Shown here piece by piece: positions 39,914 through 51,824 of a DNA stretch of 63,304 bases (positions are counted from its first letter, which is position 1; each line of letters opens with the position of its first letter). Below the pieces are notes generated by a model. It was given only the letters and a program-made list of their open reading frames with translations. It was not told where the DNA came from and did not search any database. The stretch is from Octopus bimaculoides. Its lineage: Eukaryota. The DNA is taken from positions 34,225,747 through 34,289,050 of the forward strand of contig NC_068985.1 of assembly GCF_001194135.2 (NCBI RefSeq), given 5' to 3'. The translations under genes were made by a program, and so were the position numbers.

Positions 39914-40354
39914 ACACATACACACATATATACATACGTACATACATGTATGAGTATGCACGTATGGAAGCAAAAATGCAAGAAATACGAATAACCACCA
40001 CTCGCAAGAGAATATGCTTTGGGTTAATGTACCATGCTTTCGCTAATTGTTTTAGGTACATTTGTTGTCACTAGCAAACATAGCCACATTCTCGGTCACT
40101 TCAACCACCCTTGACCCAAAAGAAATATCGTGGAAGTGACAGCTAGGAGAAGAGGAAGGCTGACGCTGAGAAATGAAGTACTCAAGGCCACGTCGTGCAA
40201 TCAGTTTAGGAATCGAACTCAAAATTTTATGATTGTTGAATCCAACATAATTACCAATCGGTCAAGTGCCTTCGTAAACACACATACAATTATATGAATA
40301 TGCATGTATGTATATGCGAGGGTAATTTATACATACATACATGCATACATACAT

Positions 40355-40385
<31 letters not shown>

Positions 40386-40628
40386 TACGTATGTATATAT
40401 ATGTATTAGGTCGTCAAGTATGAAATTTGTAGAAAAGAAAAGAAAGTTTGCTAATGTTTTATAAATACAAGGAATAGTTTTATTCATCAAAGTATGCACC
40501 CATATTGCCAATACACTTTTGCCAGTTCAGCGGTAGCTTGTCCAGTCCGGGACTGTAAAAGCCTGGCAATCTAGAGTCAATAAAATCTTGGAAGGCCTGT
40601 TTTACAGCATCGTGGGANNNNNNNNNNG

Positions 40629-41030
40629 TATTAGGTCGTCAAGTATGAAATTTGTAGAAAAGAAAAGAAAGTTTGCTAATGTTTTATAAATACAAGGAAT
40701 AGTTTTATTCATCAAAGTATGCACCCATATTGCCAATACACTTTTGCCAGTTCAGCGGTAGCTTGTCCAGTCCGGGACTGTAAAAGCCTGGCAATCTAGA
40801 GTCAATAAAATCTTGGAAGGCCTGTTTTACAGCATCGTGGGAATTAAATTTTTTTCCTATCAAAAAGTTATCCAAATTCTGGAAGAAGTGGTAGTCAGTG
40901 GGGGCAAGATCAGGTGAATATGGTAGATGATGGAGAACTTCCAACTCCAACGGCGTTGAAGAGCATAATAAAAAATGTAGTTGAGAAAAGGTTAGTTGAC
41001 ACGAAGGACTGGAAACCATCCTAATACTAA
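40629..41030 (-). mobile_element. mariner transposon 3' end with TIR (TA-TTAGGT...)
   Basis: HHLPYSPDLAPTDYHFF...WQKCIGNMGAYFDE, the mariner YSPDLAP motif with terminal D. Confidence 0.9.
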
Positions 41031-41039
41031 AAAAGATTG

Positions 41040-41680
41040 GCCTCTATCATGATGATTCGTGCCGGGTATCAAAATACCGACACCATGATTGCTACTCAGT
41101 GCTCTGTGAACACTTTAAAAGCTGTAAGATATAACAAAGACTACGACTTACGTCGGCAAAAGTACCCATTGTTTTGTTCTAATGGCTTCCGTGGAGTGCT
41201 TAATCGCTTCGTCCTCGGTCGCGAAACGCACCTCCACTGTGCCATACTTTCTTCCTCTTGTGATAAACGTGGTCAACTTCTTGATTTCTTTCAAACATTC
41301 CTCAATAGCCTCGATCGTTGCTATCTCGATCTTCCTGCTTGATACCTTCAGTGTTTTAAAAATTACTGTCCTCTTGGTTACACTGCTTGTGAGTTCTTCA
41401 GGCGGCTTTAGTCTCAACGTGTTTCCCTCCTTTTTCAGTAACTTTTCACATTCTTTCATCTTCTTCAGTTCAACTTTTACTTCACGAACCTCCAAAGTTT
41501 CAACCTCCATTCCTCTACCAGTTGCTGCTGCATAACTGTGGCCTCCTACTGGCACCTTATCCATCTTTCCCACGATGGAAAAAAAACAACAACAATTCAA
41601 CAATAACAGTCACAGCAATTTCAACAGTAACAATCAATAATCTTGGGTACACCCACGAAGGGAGACCGTCAACAAATATT
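41040..41680 (-). mobile_element. Second L1/Tx1 ORF1 fragment, homologous to 14555-15259
   Basis: IEECLKEIKKLTTFITRGRKYGTVEVRFATEDEAIKH versus IEECLGEIVNEATYINRGRKFGAVEVRFATIEEATKH. Confidence 0.8.
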
Positions 41681-42003
41681 TAACAAGGTGACTTACGTCT
41701 AACAGTAATAAAAAAACACGACAAAATTAACTTCAACCGTTTACTACGTACTCTTCCTTTATACTGACTGACGTGGATGTAAGAATGGAGATGAGAAGAT
41801 GAAGCGGCGAAGGTATAGCATGGAAAAAGTAGTGTATGGTTAGAATTAGGAATAACTGGTTCATGGGCATTTCGTCTATTGCTCTTCTGAATTAAACCAT
41901 AAAAACAAACGCCCTACTCACAAACTCGTACACAAATACACACATAGACTCACATACTCAGGCACCACGCACACATGCAAGCACGCAGTCCAACAAATAT
42001 ATG

Positions 42004-42056
<53 letters not shown>

Positions 42057-42399
42057 ACACATTGATTATAAATGTTAAAATTGTTAACTTTACTTTGATC
42101 TTAGCTAAAATCCCGAGAAACGTAATTACATGAAGCATACGCGAGAGAGACATCTATATCTTTACTCAACCATATCACTTAAGATATCATTTATATTGGC
42201 AAAGACAACGGACAAAACATCATCATTCAGTTGACCCATAGAAACCTCGCACTTTGCAGTCCGAGACACCGTTGAGGTCTATTTTACGTTTTACTCAGTT
42301 AGTTTTTACTGTTTAAACCCATTATATCGTTGAATAGAGCTCGTTGAGATCTTTCTTTTGCACTATTAATTATTTTTCTCTCCCCTGCAGATCAAAACT

Positions 42400-43560
42400 T
42401 ATGGAAAGAAATTAAGAAAAGGACTAAGTTGAAGAGTGTGTTTTGGAGCCGAGAAGAAACAAAGGACAGGGAAATGTTTCTTACACTCACATGAAGAAGA
42501 ATAAGGTTGTGGATAAACCATTTCACGAATTTGTAAAGATTTTCGTGAAAACAAAAATCGACCTAGGAGCCTTGCCAAGGAGAAGAAGCTGGATATTCTC
42601 ACTGTACATGCCAAATTTTATCATGAACATGTCGTGCTGCACAGTAATAAGAGACCTGGGTGAATGTAAAAGAATGTAGATGCCACGAACCGTACTGCGA
42701 ATGTCCTTGGTCGAAGTATTATGCTCCGCAGTGAAATCTAGACCAAATTTGTTGAGATGGAGAAATTTCGGAGCAGAAGATAATTGGAAATCGAAATCTT
42801 AAAGTTCCCGATCTTTATCTTGTGACTTCCGTAATCCAGAAATTTGTCAGAGATCATTGGGCGACTCACATTAGGACTGTTGCTCGTGATGTGATGGACT
42901 GCTGTATCGAAAATAGTTTCATTGCTGTTGACCGTGATCAACCAAAGCAAGTCCAAGCAGCTCTGCGATCTGTTCAAAGATTCTTTAAGTAAAAAGGATG
43001 CCGTCGCGGAAAGAAGAAAGGAATAATGTGCTATAAGCTCCGAGCCGAGAACATTCGTAAACGGGATCTCTATACAGTCAGATTAGTTTCGCTCAATGCA
43101 GCGAAGAAGCGACGAATTGTGTACATGGATAAAAGCTTATATTCACAAGAATTATGCTCGACATGATGATAGTTTGTATGATCCGAACGATGAGCAGGAC
43201 CAACAAGTGAAAACGCAACACAAAGGAAAGCGATACTGTTTCATCGCGGTCATTATTGATGCTGACAACACCGTGTCAGAAGTCTCAAAGGAAAATCAAG
43301 TGGATCGTTTTATGGAGGACCACTCTGCATGTTACGGCTAATGACCCTAGTTTCTTTTATTTTCTCTCAAAATCGGAAAAAGGTTCATAACTTTGAACCA
43401 GAGTTGCAGAGCTACCAAGCGATAGTTTTTTCTACTCATCAAAGCTATATTTATCTCCTAATAGCATCGAAACGTTGTGTTACAAAAACAGCTGTAATGG
43501 TGTCGCGGACTGTTAGTAATGGCTATATAGTCTAAGGGAGATCACTCTCATAGCAAAGAC
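42400..43560 (+). mobile_element. Degenerate IS630/Tc1-type transposase
   Basis: RRIVYMD(K)S.IHKNY near 43110, KGKRYCFIAVI, EPELQ near 43395; TIRs not identified. Confidence 0.55.
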
Positions 43561-44070
43561 AATTCAAGCCAAAAGAAAAAGTAACCAAGGGAAGTAAATT
43601 CAAGGGAGTTAACTTACCTACATAATGATTTCAGTTTGAAGTAAATCACTGTTGCAGTGATTTCAGATTATTGCCGCTCATTCTTATACAGTTCTCCTTC
43701 CAGTAATCTGAAATCACGTTCAGGATGAAATCATGTAAGGGTAGGATAAAATCGATTTCAAATTACTCGAAGGAGTATTTAGTTTTGTATAATAAATATT
43801 TCGATCGCATTTAAAATGCATAAATCTATTTGTAATAGCATTTTATTTGTTATATTCGAACTGAAATAACAGTTTTAAATTATCAGAAAATAAAACAACC
43901 AAATGGAAGCAATATACACACACACACACACACGTGCACGCACGCACACACACACACGTGCACGCACGCACGCACACACACACACACACACACACACATG
44001 GCACTCTCAAAATAAAAGAACCAGGGAAAAACGTGCTACAGCTGTAAATCCCTAATCCAAAATCAGTTTC

Positions 44071-44615
44071 GGATCTTTTTTAAAACGGGGGCCACATTTT
44101 TCATTAATGTTTTACGTAGTGTTTTTGGTACCGAAAGACTTTGTATTCGAATTTATTTCATGTAAAAAATTGTCTTATTTCGATAATTTCAACCAATCAC
44201 TGACGTCCATTCAGCCGATATACATTAAGTGCCGACTACATAAACAAACGTATCTTCGTTTTATTTGCTTTTTTCATTTTAAATTTGCTTTAACCCTAAC
44301 CCTAACCCTAACTCTAACCCTAACCCTAACCCTAGGGTTAGGGTTAGGGTTAGAGTTAGGGTTAGGGTTAGGGTTAATTGTTTCAGAATCGTTTGTTTAT
44401 GTAGTCGGCGCTTAATGTATATCGGCTGAATGGACGTCAGTGATTGGTTGAAATTACAGAAATACGACAACTTTAACATGGAATAATTTATGGATTTCTT
44501 TTTTTTTTAAGAAGACTAAGAGAAAAAGATGTTTTATATGACACATTCTACCAGTGTTCCAAGTTTCAAAGTGTTTCGTTAATGAAAAATGTGACCCCCG
44601 TTTTAAAAAAGATCC
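44071..44615. mobile_element. Foldback MITE, copy 2; 8-bp TSD TCAGTTTC; telomeric palindrome core
   Basis: TSD at 44063-44070 and 44616-44623; same TIRs as 5785-6322; (TAACCC)7 TA (GGGTTA)7 at 44291-44376. Confidence 0.92.
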
Positions 44616-46233
44616 TCAGTTTCTCATTGAAAGGGCGAGTGGGAGAGATTAAAGCATTTATTTAAATATAAAATTTCAGACTCAGAATCTTTGATATTTT
44701 CACATTTTTTTAATGCATTGTAAAAGTGTTAGGATATGTTTAAAAATTCATTTACAAAAAGAAAAAAAAAACAAAATGACTTTTTTAGATAAGCTTACAA
44801 TCTTGAATGTTATGTTGTTTAGTGCTAAAAACGCATCCTGAGTTGTTAGAGTTAGAATTCTTCATTTTAGTGAAAATTGGAGCAGTTGTAATGTGAGCAG
44901 TGCAAGAGTAATTTGAAATTAGTTTGCAGTAACTTGAAAAGGATTTAGGGAAAGAATAACTTAAAGATTTTAGACCGATTCACAAAATATTTGAGTGCAA
45001 TATTTTTGCACACAGCTTCCCAGTTCGCACACATTTATCCATTATGGCATTTACCTACACAGTCTTTACACCACCCAGTTCACTTGGATTAATATGTAGA
45101 GAAAGTGCATACTAGTCTCCAAGTACATTTGTTGATAATAAGTGCTTACATCTAAACTTGTAAATAATATATAAAGAATGAATTATAGAAATAATGGAAA
45201 ATTCATAAGAATCACTGCATGGTCGTACACACGCCTTAGCATATAATTCCACACACTTGCATGTTTCTATATTTGTGCACAGTCATGCATAAGTCATTGC
45301 CCTGATATGGGCATTCGTATTTGACCCATGGAATAAGTTCTCATCCTGAAGCTGTATACTCCCGAAGCATACATCAATCTGCATGCACATTTCTACATGT
45401 ATCTATAACTGCTCAAGGACATACTCAATTGCTTATATATATGTATATATTCATATATGTACACATTGCATTACCATACAAGTACCCACAAACACACATT
45501 TATACATTTATATACATGCACCTGACGCATATTCAAAGTTCATGGATATGCACACATACCAGTATATTTAGATAATGTGTGTGCATGCGTGTGCTTGTGT
45601 GTGTATTTGAATGTGTGTATGTGTGTGTGTGCATGTATGTATGCATGAACGTGTGTGTGTATGTATATATGCATGTATATATGCATGCACACATGCGTGT
45701 GTGTTCAGAAATGCAACAGTTTAAAAACGTTGGGGTCACCAAAATGTCACGAATTTGTAGAGAAATGCAACGGTTTGTATGTTAATGTTTGGCAAGTTGA
45801 GAAGACTGTATATTTGATTTTTCTGATATCGAAGTCCTCAAATACAACTGGTGGGATGTATGTTAGATATCAGGTCATCAAAAATGTAGTGGGTAAGGGT
45901 TCGAACTCCATGGAATAAATGACAGGAGCAAGTACCAGTTGAAATGGCCTTTATCTTAGCGTTACTATAGCAACTGCTTCGAGTTGTTTTTGTATAAAGA
46001 TTAGTTGAAATTTAGCTGTTCATTTTGTAAGTAGTTGTGGCTGCTCCGTCTTCCAAACCAATGCTGTGGAAAGGCTTGGTTAAAGTAGTTACTTACTGTC
46101 AAATGAAAAGGGAGCTTGACTAAGTTAACATAGAAAAATGGTTTCATATTTTTTTATAATTAAGATCTAAACTGTTAATATATGAATGGAAATGAGATAT
46201 TTGTACATCTGTAGGCCTACTTTTGGGCCACCC

Positions 46234-46276
<43 letters not shown>

Positions 46277-46284
46277 GTATAATT

Positions 46285-46695
46285 ATAAACAGGGCAAATT
46301 TTTAGCTATTTCTCTGCAAACTGGAAAATATGATGAACAACCTTAATCAATTCTTGAACCTTATTGGGTTCTCATCAGAGGTGTCTTCATCATTCTGACA
46401 GTTGAGAGAAAAAAGCAGCCAAACTATTTATATACTCAACAAATTCATCAGTTACTGTACGAAGAAGTCCCTAATTTGCATACCAAAAGTGTTCAACACT
46501 CTATAAATACCAGCGGCCTGTCAATGGGGATCTTAGTCCACACAGTATCAAGGTATGATTTAATAGATATGTAACATATGATATAATCATAAACAGGGCA
46601 AATTTTTAGTCATTTCTCCGCAGACTGAAAATATGATGAACAACCTTGATCGATTTTTGAACCTTATTGGGTTCTCATCAGAGGTGTCCACATCA
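46285..46695 (-). mobile_element. Retrozyme/Penelope-like unit: ~108-bp direct repeats, each with a degenerate type I hammerhead ribozyme, 303-nt period
   Basis: Repeats at 46285-46392 and 46589-46695. The minus strand reads acct-CTGATGA-gaacc caataa ggttc-(G>A)AA-aatcgatt(consensus)-A-aggt. Confidence 0.65.
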
Positions 46696-46941
46696 TCTTT
46701 ATATATATAAAATAGAGAATGTCTGTCTGTCTTTGTATGCATGTGTTGGTATGTGTGTATCACTAAAAGTCGAGAAAAACCCAATCGATTTCATTCAAAT
46801 TTTACACATGCCTTACTTAGGGCCCATGCAGTGTCATGGGCCTAAAAAAATTTTAACTTCTTACCTAATACGAGCCTGGAGCAATATCATATATATTATA
46901 CTATTTCAGTATTATGTGTAAAGAGTGAAACAATAACATCA

Positions 46942-46989
<48 letters not shown>

Positions 46990-47680
46990 ACATATATTAT
47001 GTGTGTGTATATATATATATATATNNNNNNNNNNNNNNNNNNNNNNNNNNNNNNNNNNNNNNNNNNNNNNNNNNNNNNNNNNNNNNNNNNNNNNNNNNNN
47101 NNNNNNNNNNNNNNNNNNNNNNNNNNNNNNNNNNNNNNNNNNNNNNNNNNNNNNNNNNNNNNNNNNNNNNNNNNNNNNNNNNNNNNNNNNNNNNNNNNNN
47201 NNNNNNNNNNNNNNNNNNNNNNNNNNNNNNNNNNNNNNNNNNNNNNNNNNNNNNNNNNNNNNNNNNNNNNNNNNNNNNNNNNNNNNNNNNNNNNNNNNNN
47301 NNNNNNNNNNNNNNNNNNNNNNNNNNNNNNNNNNNNNNNNNNNNNNNNNNNNNNNNNNNNNNNNNNNNNNNNNNNNNNNNNNNNNNNNNNNNNNNNNNNN
47401 NNNNNNNNNNNNNNNNNNNNNNNNNNNNNNNNNNNNNNNNNNNNNNNNNNNNNNNNNNNNNNNNNNNNNNNNNNNNNNNNNNNNNNNNNNNNNNNNNNNN
47501 NNNNNNNNNNNNNNNNNNNNNNNNNNNNNNNNNNNNNNNNNNNNNNNNNNNNNNNNNNNNNNNNNNNNNNNNNNNNNNNNNNNNNNNNNNNNNNNNNNNN
47601 NNNNNNNNNNNNNNNNNNNNNNNNNNNNNNNNNNNNNNNNNNNNNNNNNNNNNNNNNNNNNNNNNNNNNNNNNNNNNNNN

Positions 47681-47975
47681 NATGATTGGTATGTCAAGTT
47701 CAAAAATGGAAATTTTGACCTCAAAGACGCACCTCATTCTGGCCGTCCAGTTGAGTTCACTGAAGAGCGATTAAACCAACTTTTGCATGAAAATTCTCAT
47801 CAAACGACAAGGGAACTGGCAGAGAAAATGGAATGCTCCCACACTGCTATAGAGAAGCATATTCACTCGATGGAAAAGGTTCAGAAGTATGGAGCATGGG
47901 TTCCTCATGCTTTAAGTGACAACAACAAAAATCAACGAGCCACAATCTCCGTTGGTTTGCTTTCTCTATTGGCAA
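47681..47975 (+). mobile_element. mariner transposase N-terminal fragment
   Basis: FKNGNFDLKDAPHSGRP...TTRELA...GAWVPHAL (WVPHEL motif). Confidence 0.9.
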
Positions 47976-48627
47976 GAAATCTTGAAATAAACTGAATAAT
48001 GACATACATATAAATAACCATAAATAGAGAACAAGGTATTTTAACTATCTCTTGAAATTTAAAAATTTTCATTTTCTATTTTGATTTGATTTTATTTCTC
48101 TTGACACACGTCATCTACTCATTGCTAAAAGTCATTTTTAGTTTCTTCCTATTTACATGTTAGTTTTTCTATTTAATTACCTACCACCATCACTCAGATA
48201 AAATTAATTTTCTTATATAGTTTTTCATTTTTATTAATACCATGAACACTGTAAAGATTGCCTTGTCCCTTAAGTTGGTACTATTGTAATATTTCTTCTA
48301 TGCTTATACTTGCATATCTCAGAATCTGATAATTTTGATTGGTTGAAAAAAAGATACATTGTATGCCCAGATTATTCAAAAAAATCTAACAGGAATTAAT
48401 TTTATTCCACCCAATGAAGCACCCATACATGGCTGTTGTTGAAAAGTTTTCAACCTTGTAATAATTATAAATAATGATCTTCTATAATGGTATATGAATA
48501 TAAGCTCAAGAACTTAAAGTTGGTGTGTAGTGCAGAAACAAATGTGATATCCTCCAACCTCATGTTATATTATTCTTGTACATACATGATTAATATAGAT
48601 GACACACACACACACGCACACACACAC

Positions 48628-48674
<47 letters not shown>

Positions 48675-48688
48675 CACACATGTAATAT

Positions 48689-48714
<26 letters not shown>

Positions 48715-48736
<22 letters not shown>

Positions 48737-48890
48737 CATTTGCCATGGGTTGGACTGTCTGATAAGAATAAAAGGGCTAAAGGGCTCAACCAGGTTCTAT
48801 AATTGCATTGGCTTAGTTTCTACAGCTGGATGTCCTTCCTAACACCAATCACTTAACAGCGTGTAGTGTGTGCATTTTATATAACATCAG
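48715..48890 (-). mobile_element. SINE family C ((CAT)n-tailed), diverged
   Basis: (CAT)n then catgggttggac...tttctacagctggatgtccttcctaacacc, shared with 51073-51235. Confidence 0.65.
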
Positions 48891-49080
48891 CACAGGTGAG
48901 GTTGCTACTTAACCACAAGATAAGACTCTCAACTGAGTGGTTATAGACAGGATAGGTAAGAAATTGAGGCAGAGGTACAGGAGCAGGAGTCTTGTTGAAG
49001 AGATGAATACATGGCTTGCTCACATGGAAAGTGAGTGAGAGTGAGAAAGAAAAAGATGTGAAATTCAAGTACAACATGAT

Positions 49081-49185
49081 ACAGATATAGAGTATTCTAT
49101 ATAACAGATATATTCTATATAACAGATATAGAGTATTCTATATAACAGATATATTCAAGTACAATATGAGACAGATATAGAGTAG
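49081..49185. repeat. Minisatellite of acagatata(gagta)ttctatata units
   Basis: About 4-5 alternating 18-24-bp units. Confidence 0.85.
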
Positions 49186-50448
49186 GAGATCAGAAAAGAT
49201 GGATGTGTAGGTAAGTGTACTGTGTGAAAATAGTGTAACATGATTAGAAATAGGGAATGAGTTGGATGTAGAGGATATCAATTCAATGTAGGGGTATGTG
49301 ATGAAAATAGTACAACATAGAATATTAATGGAAGAGTGGGAGTCAGAGGATGAGTTGTGGGGGAAAGCTTGACAGAACCTCAATTATGATGAGATGGATG
49401 GGTTTTCTCAAGCACACTGTATTGTCATTCATCTTGGCTTCTCATTATCTCAACATCTTGAGGCCAATCTTCCCTACTTTGTTCTACATGTTCCTTGGTC
49501 TACTTCTTCTATAGGTTCCTTCATATATCTATATATGTACACACACACACACATGATGATTTAGCTGGCTAAAACTTCAAAGTCACTGTCAATACTGTTC
49601 ATATTATAGAATAATAAATTTGTGCTCAACCAAAAGTAAAATTTTTGTATAACATAGAAACAAACATTAATATATATGTTCACTTAGTCAGCAAAGTGGC
49701 ATCATTTGAAAACTACAAGAATGTAAGGAAGTGCATTGTGACCAGTGGTGTATAACAACATCTGATAGTCTGATTGATAAAGTGATACAGTGATACATAT
49801 AGATGACAATGCCAATTAAAAACCTGCCATATTTTTGACTGACCACACATCTAAGTATTTTCATATATTATATAAAGTAAAAACTAAACAGATTCTCAAA
49901 GAGTTTCCATAATGAATTTTTCAGTTGCTTGGTTAACTGAACTACTCACTGAATTATATTGCAAGTGGCCAAGTATTCCACAGATATACATATTCTTAGT
50001 ATAATCTTCAGGCAGAATCAGCACACTGCAGAGAGTAACAAAGCTGACCTTTTGAATTACTTGTCCAGCTAATCTGATGAGCGTCCACACAGCTTCTGTC
50101 TACCCAGTTTCACTCTCAAGGATTCGGTCAACTCAAAAGTATGGCACACGCTCAAGATTCCATACAGTAGCATTGAATCTGGGATCTCATGATTATAAAT
50201 GTGCACTCACAGAGGCATGCACACAAATACACAAACAGTGACTTTAATGTGGTACTATAGTTCTCACAGTGACATTTTATAAAAGAAGTTATAAATTTCT
50301 CATTTTGTGTCATTGTTTCAATTAAGTTATCTTGGAAATATTGTGGCTGATAGTTAAAAAATAGTTTATTATTTATTCTATTTTCGTTCCCCAAACTTTA
50401 GCCTTTAGACACATAAAAAAAAAACAAAAAAACAAAAAGAACTAGGGC

Positions 50449-50975
50449 TCAACACAGCCCTACAGCTTGCCAGTTCCCTTCAAACTGTCCAAACCATGCC
50501 AGCATAGAAGTGAACATTAAATGATGATGATGAAATAAATACTCTAAACAATTCCTATGCATGTCTCATATGACTTGGTAGTACTGAAAAATAGATATCT
50601 GTGCAGGATGTTAATAAATACAAATTATCTGAAAGCCTATCCTTCGTTTTTAGTAATTATGATAACTATTCTAAGAATAACTTAATCTGAGATTATGAGT
50701 CGAGTGTATTGTTGGAATTTCCACATGGTGACCTTGATTTAAGTAGAACAATTAAAAAACATTATAAATTCTATGCTTATTCTGTCTTAACAATTGTAAC
50801 AACTTCAATAACAATGAATTTGAACTTGTATACTAAAGTGAATTTGCTAGTTCCTGGATAAAGCTCATGTTCCACTACTAAGAATATCTACAATGTTATA
50901 AATCAGACATGCATATGAATTGTTTAGAGTACTTATTTCATCACCACCACCACCACAACCATCATCATCATCATT

Positions 50976-51011
<36 letters not shown>

Positions 51012-51033
51012 GTCGTCGTCGTCGTCGTCGTCG

Positions 51034-51085
<52 letters not shown>

Positions 51086-51235
51086 TTAATGTTCACTTCC
51101 ATGCTGGCATGGTTTGGACAGTTTGAAGGGAACTGGTAAGCTGTAGGGCTGTGTTGAACCCCAATGTCATAATTGGCATGATTTCTATTGGTTGGATGCC
51201 CTTCCTAACACCAACCACTTTCAAGTGTGATTAGA
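50449..51235. repeat. Inverted pair of SINE family C ends around a (CAT/CAC/CGT)n tract
   Basis: 50449-50533 is the reverse complement of 51073-51157 with 2 mismatches. Confidence 0.85.
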
Positions 51236-51824
51236 CTATCTCTAGTTATAACTTGAATTATCTAGGTGAAAGTTTGTAGCAGGGCTACATATTACATAGT
51301 AATAAGTGTGTTGACTTGCACAGCAGGCAAATATATCGATGAGGTGTTTAGCCTCACTTTGATACACTAGCCTTGCTTTGATACAGTAATCTTGTTCTGA
51401 GACCCTAGCCTCATTCTGAGCTACACAGTAGAAGCTACCAGTTCCTGCCAGATTTTGGTCAAAGACACATGTCTTCTCTGTAGCTCCACATACAATCTCC
51501 CATGTGCAACTCACATGTCTCTTCACCTCAACACATAAACGAAGATATTTTATCACACATTCTCAAAATGACTGTTCTCATTACACACATGCATACGTAC
51601 TGTAATACAAATATATGTTACTTCTTTCAGTGAAAAAGCAAAAATCAAAACTTTCTTTGTATGTAAACACACACGTTTTTGTATCATACTACATGCTTCC
51701 ACCACAAAAGATGAACACAGAATAAACAATATATTTATGCACAAAAATGTCTTATGGTGATTCATACTAACTGCTTTTCCATTTAACAACAAGCACTTGA
51801 ACAGCCAACGACAGCCGCTATAAA

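Noticed and set aside
40404-40842. Exact ~214-bp duplication of the mariner end on both sides of a 10-N gap
   Set aside because: Identical sequence flanking a tiny gap is the signature of unmerged contig overlap
44291-44376. Ancestral telomere fusion site
   Set aside because: Orientation is (CCCTAA)n-(TTAGGG)n, opposite to a fusion, and it lies inside a TSD-flanked MITE
16083-47995. Long ORFs made mostly of X (16083, 28734 in part, 35225-36409, 39685, 46948-47995)
   Set aside because: They run through N gaps and their length is an artefact; only the flanking transposon peptides are real
51275-51583. Possible 5' LTR of the gypsy element (TGTAGC...TTACA)
   Set aside because: No second copy, PBS or TSD found
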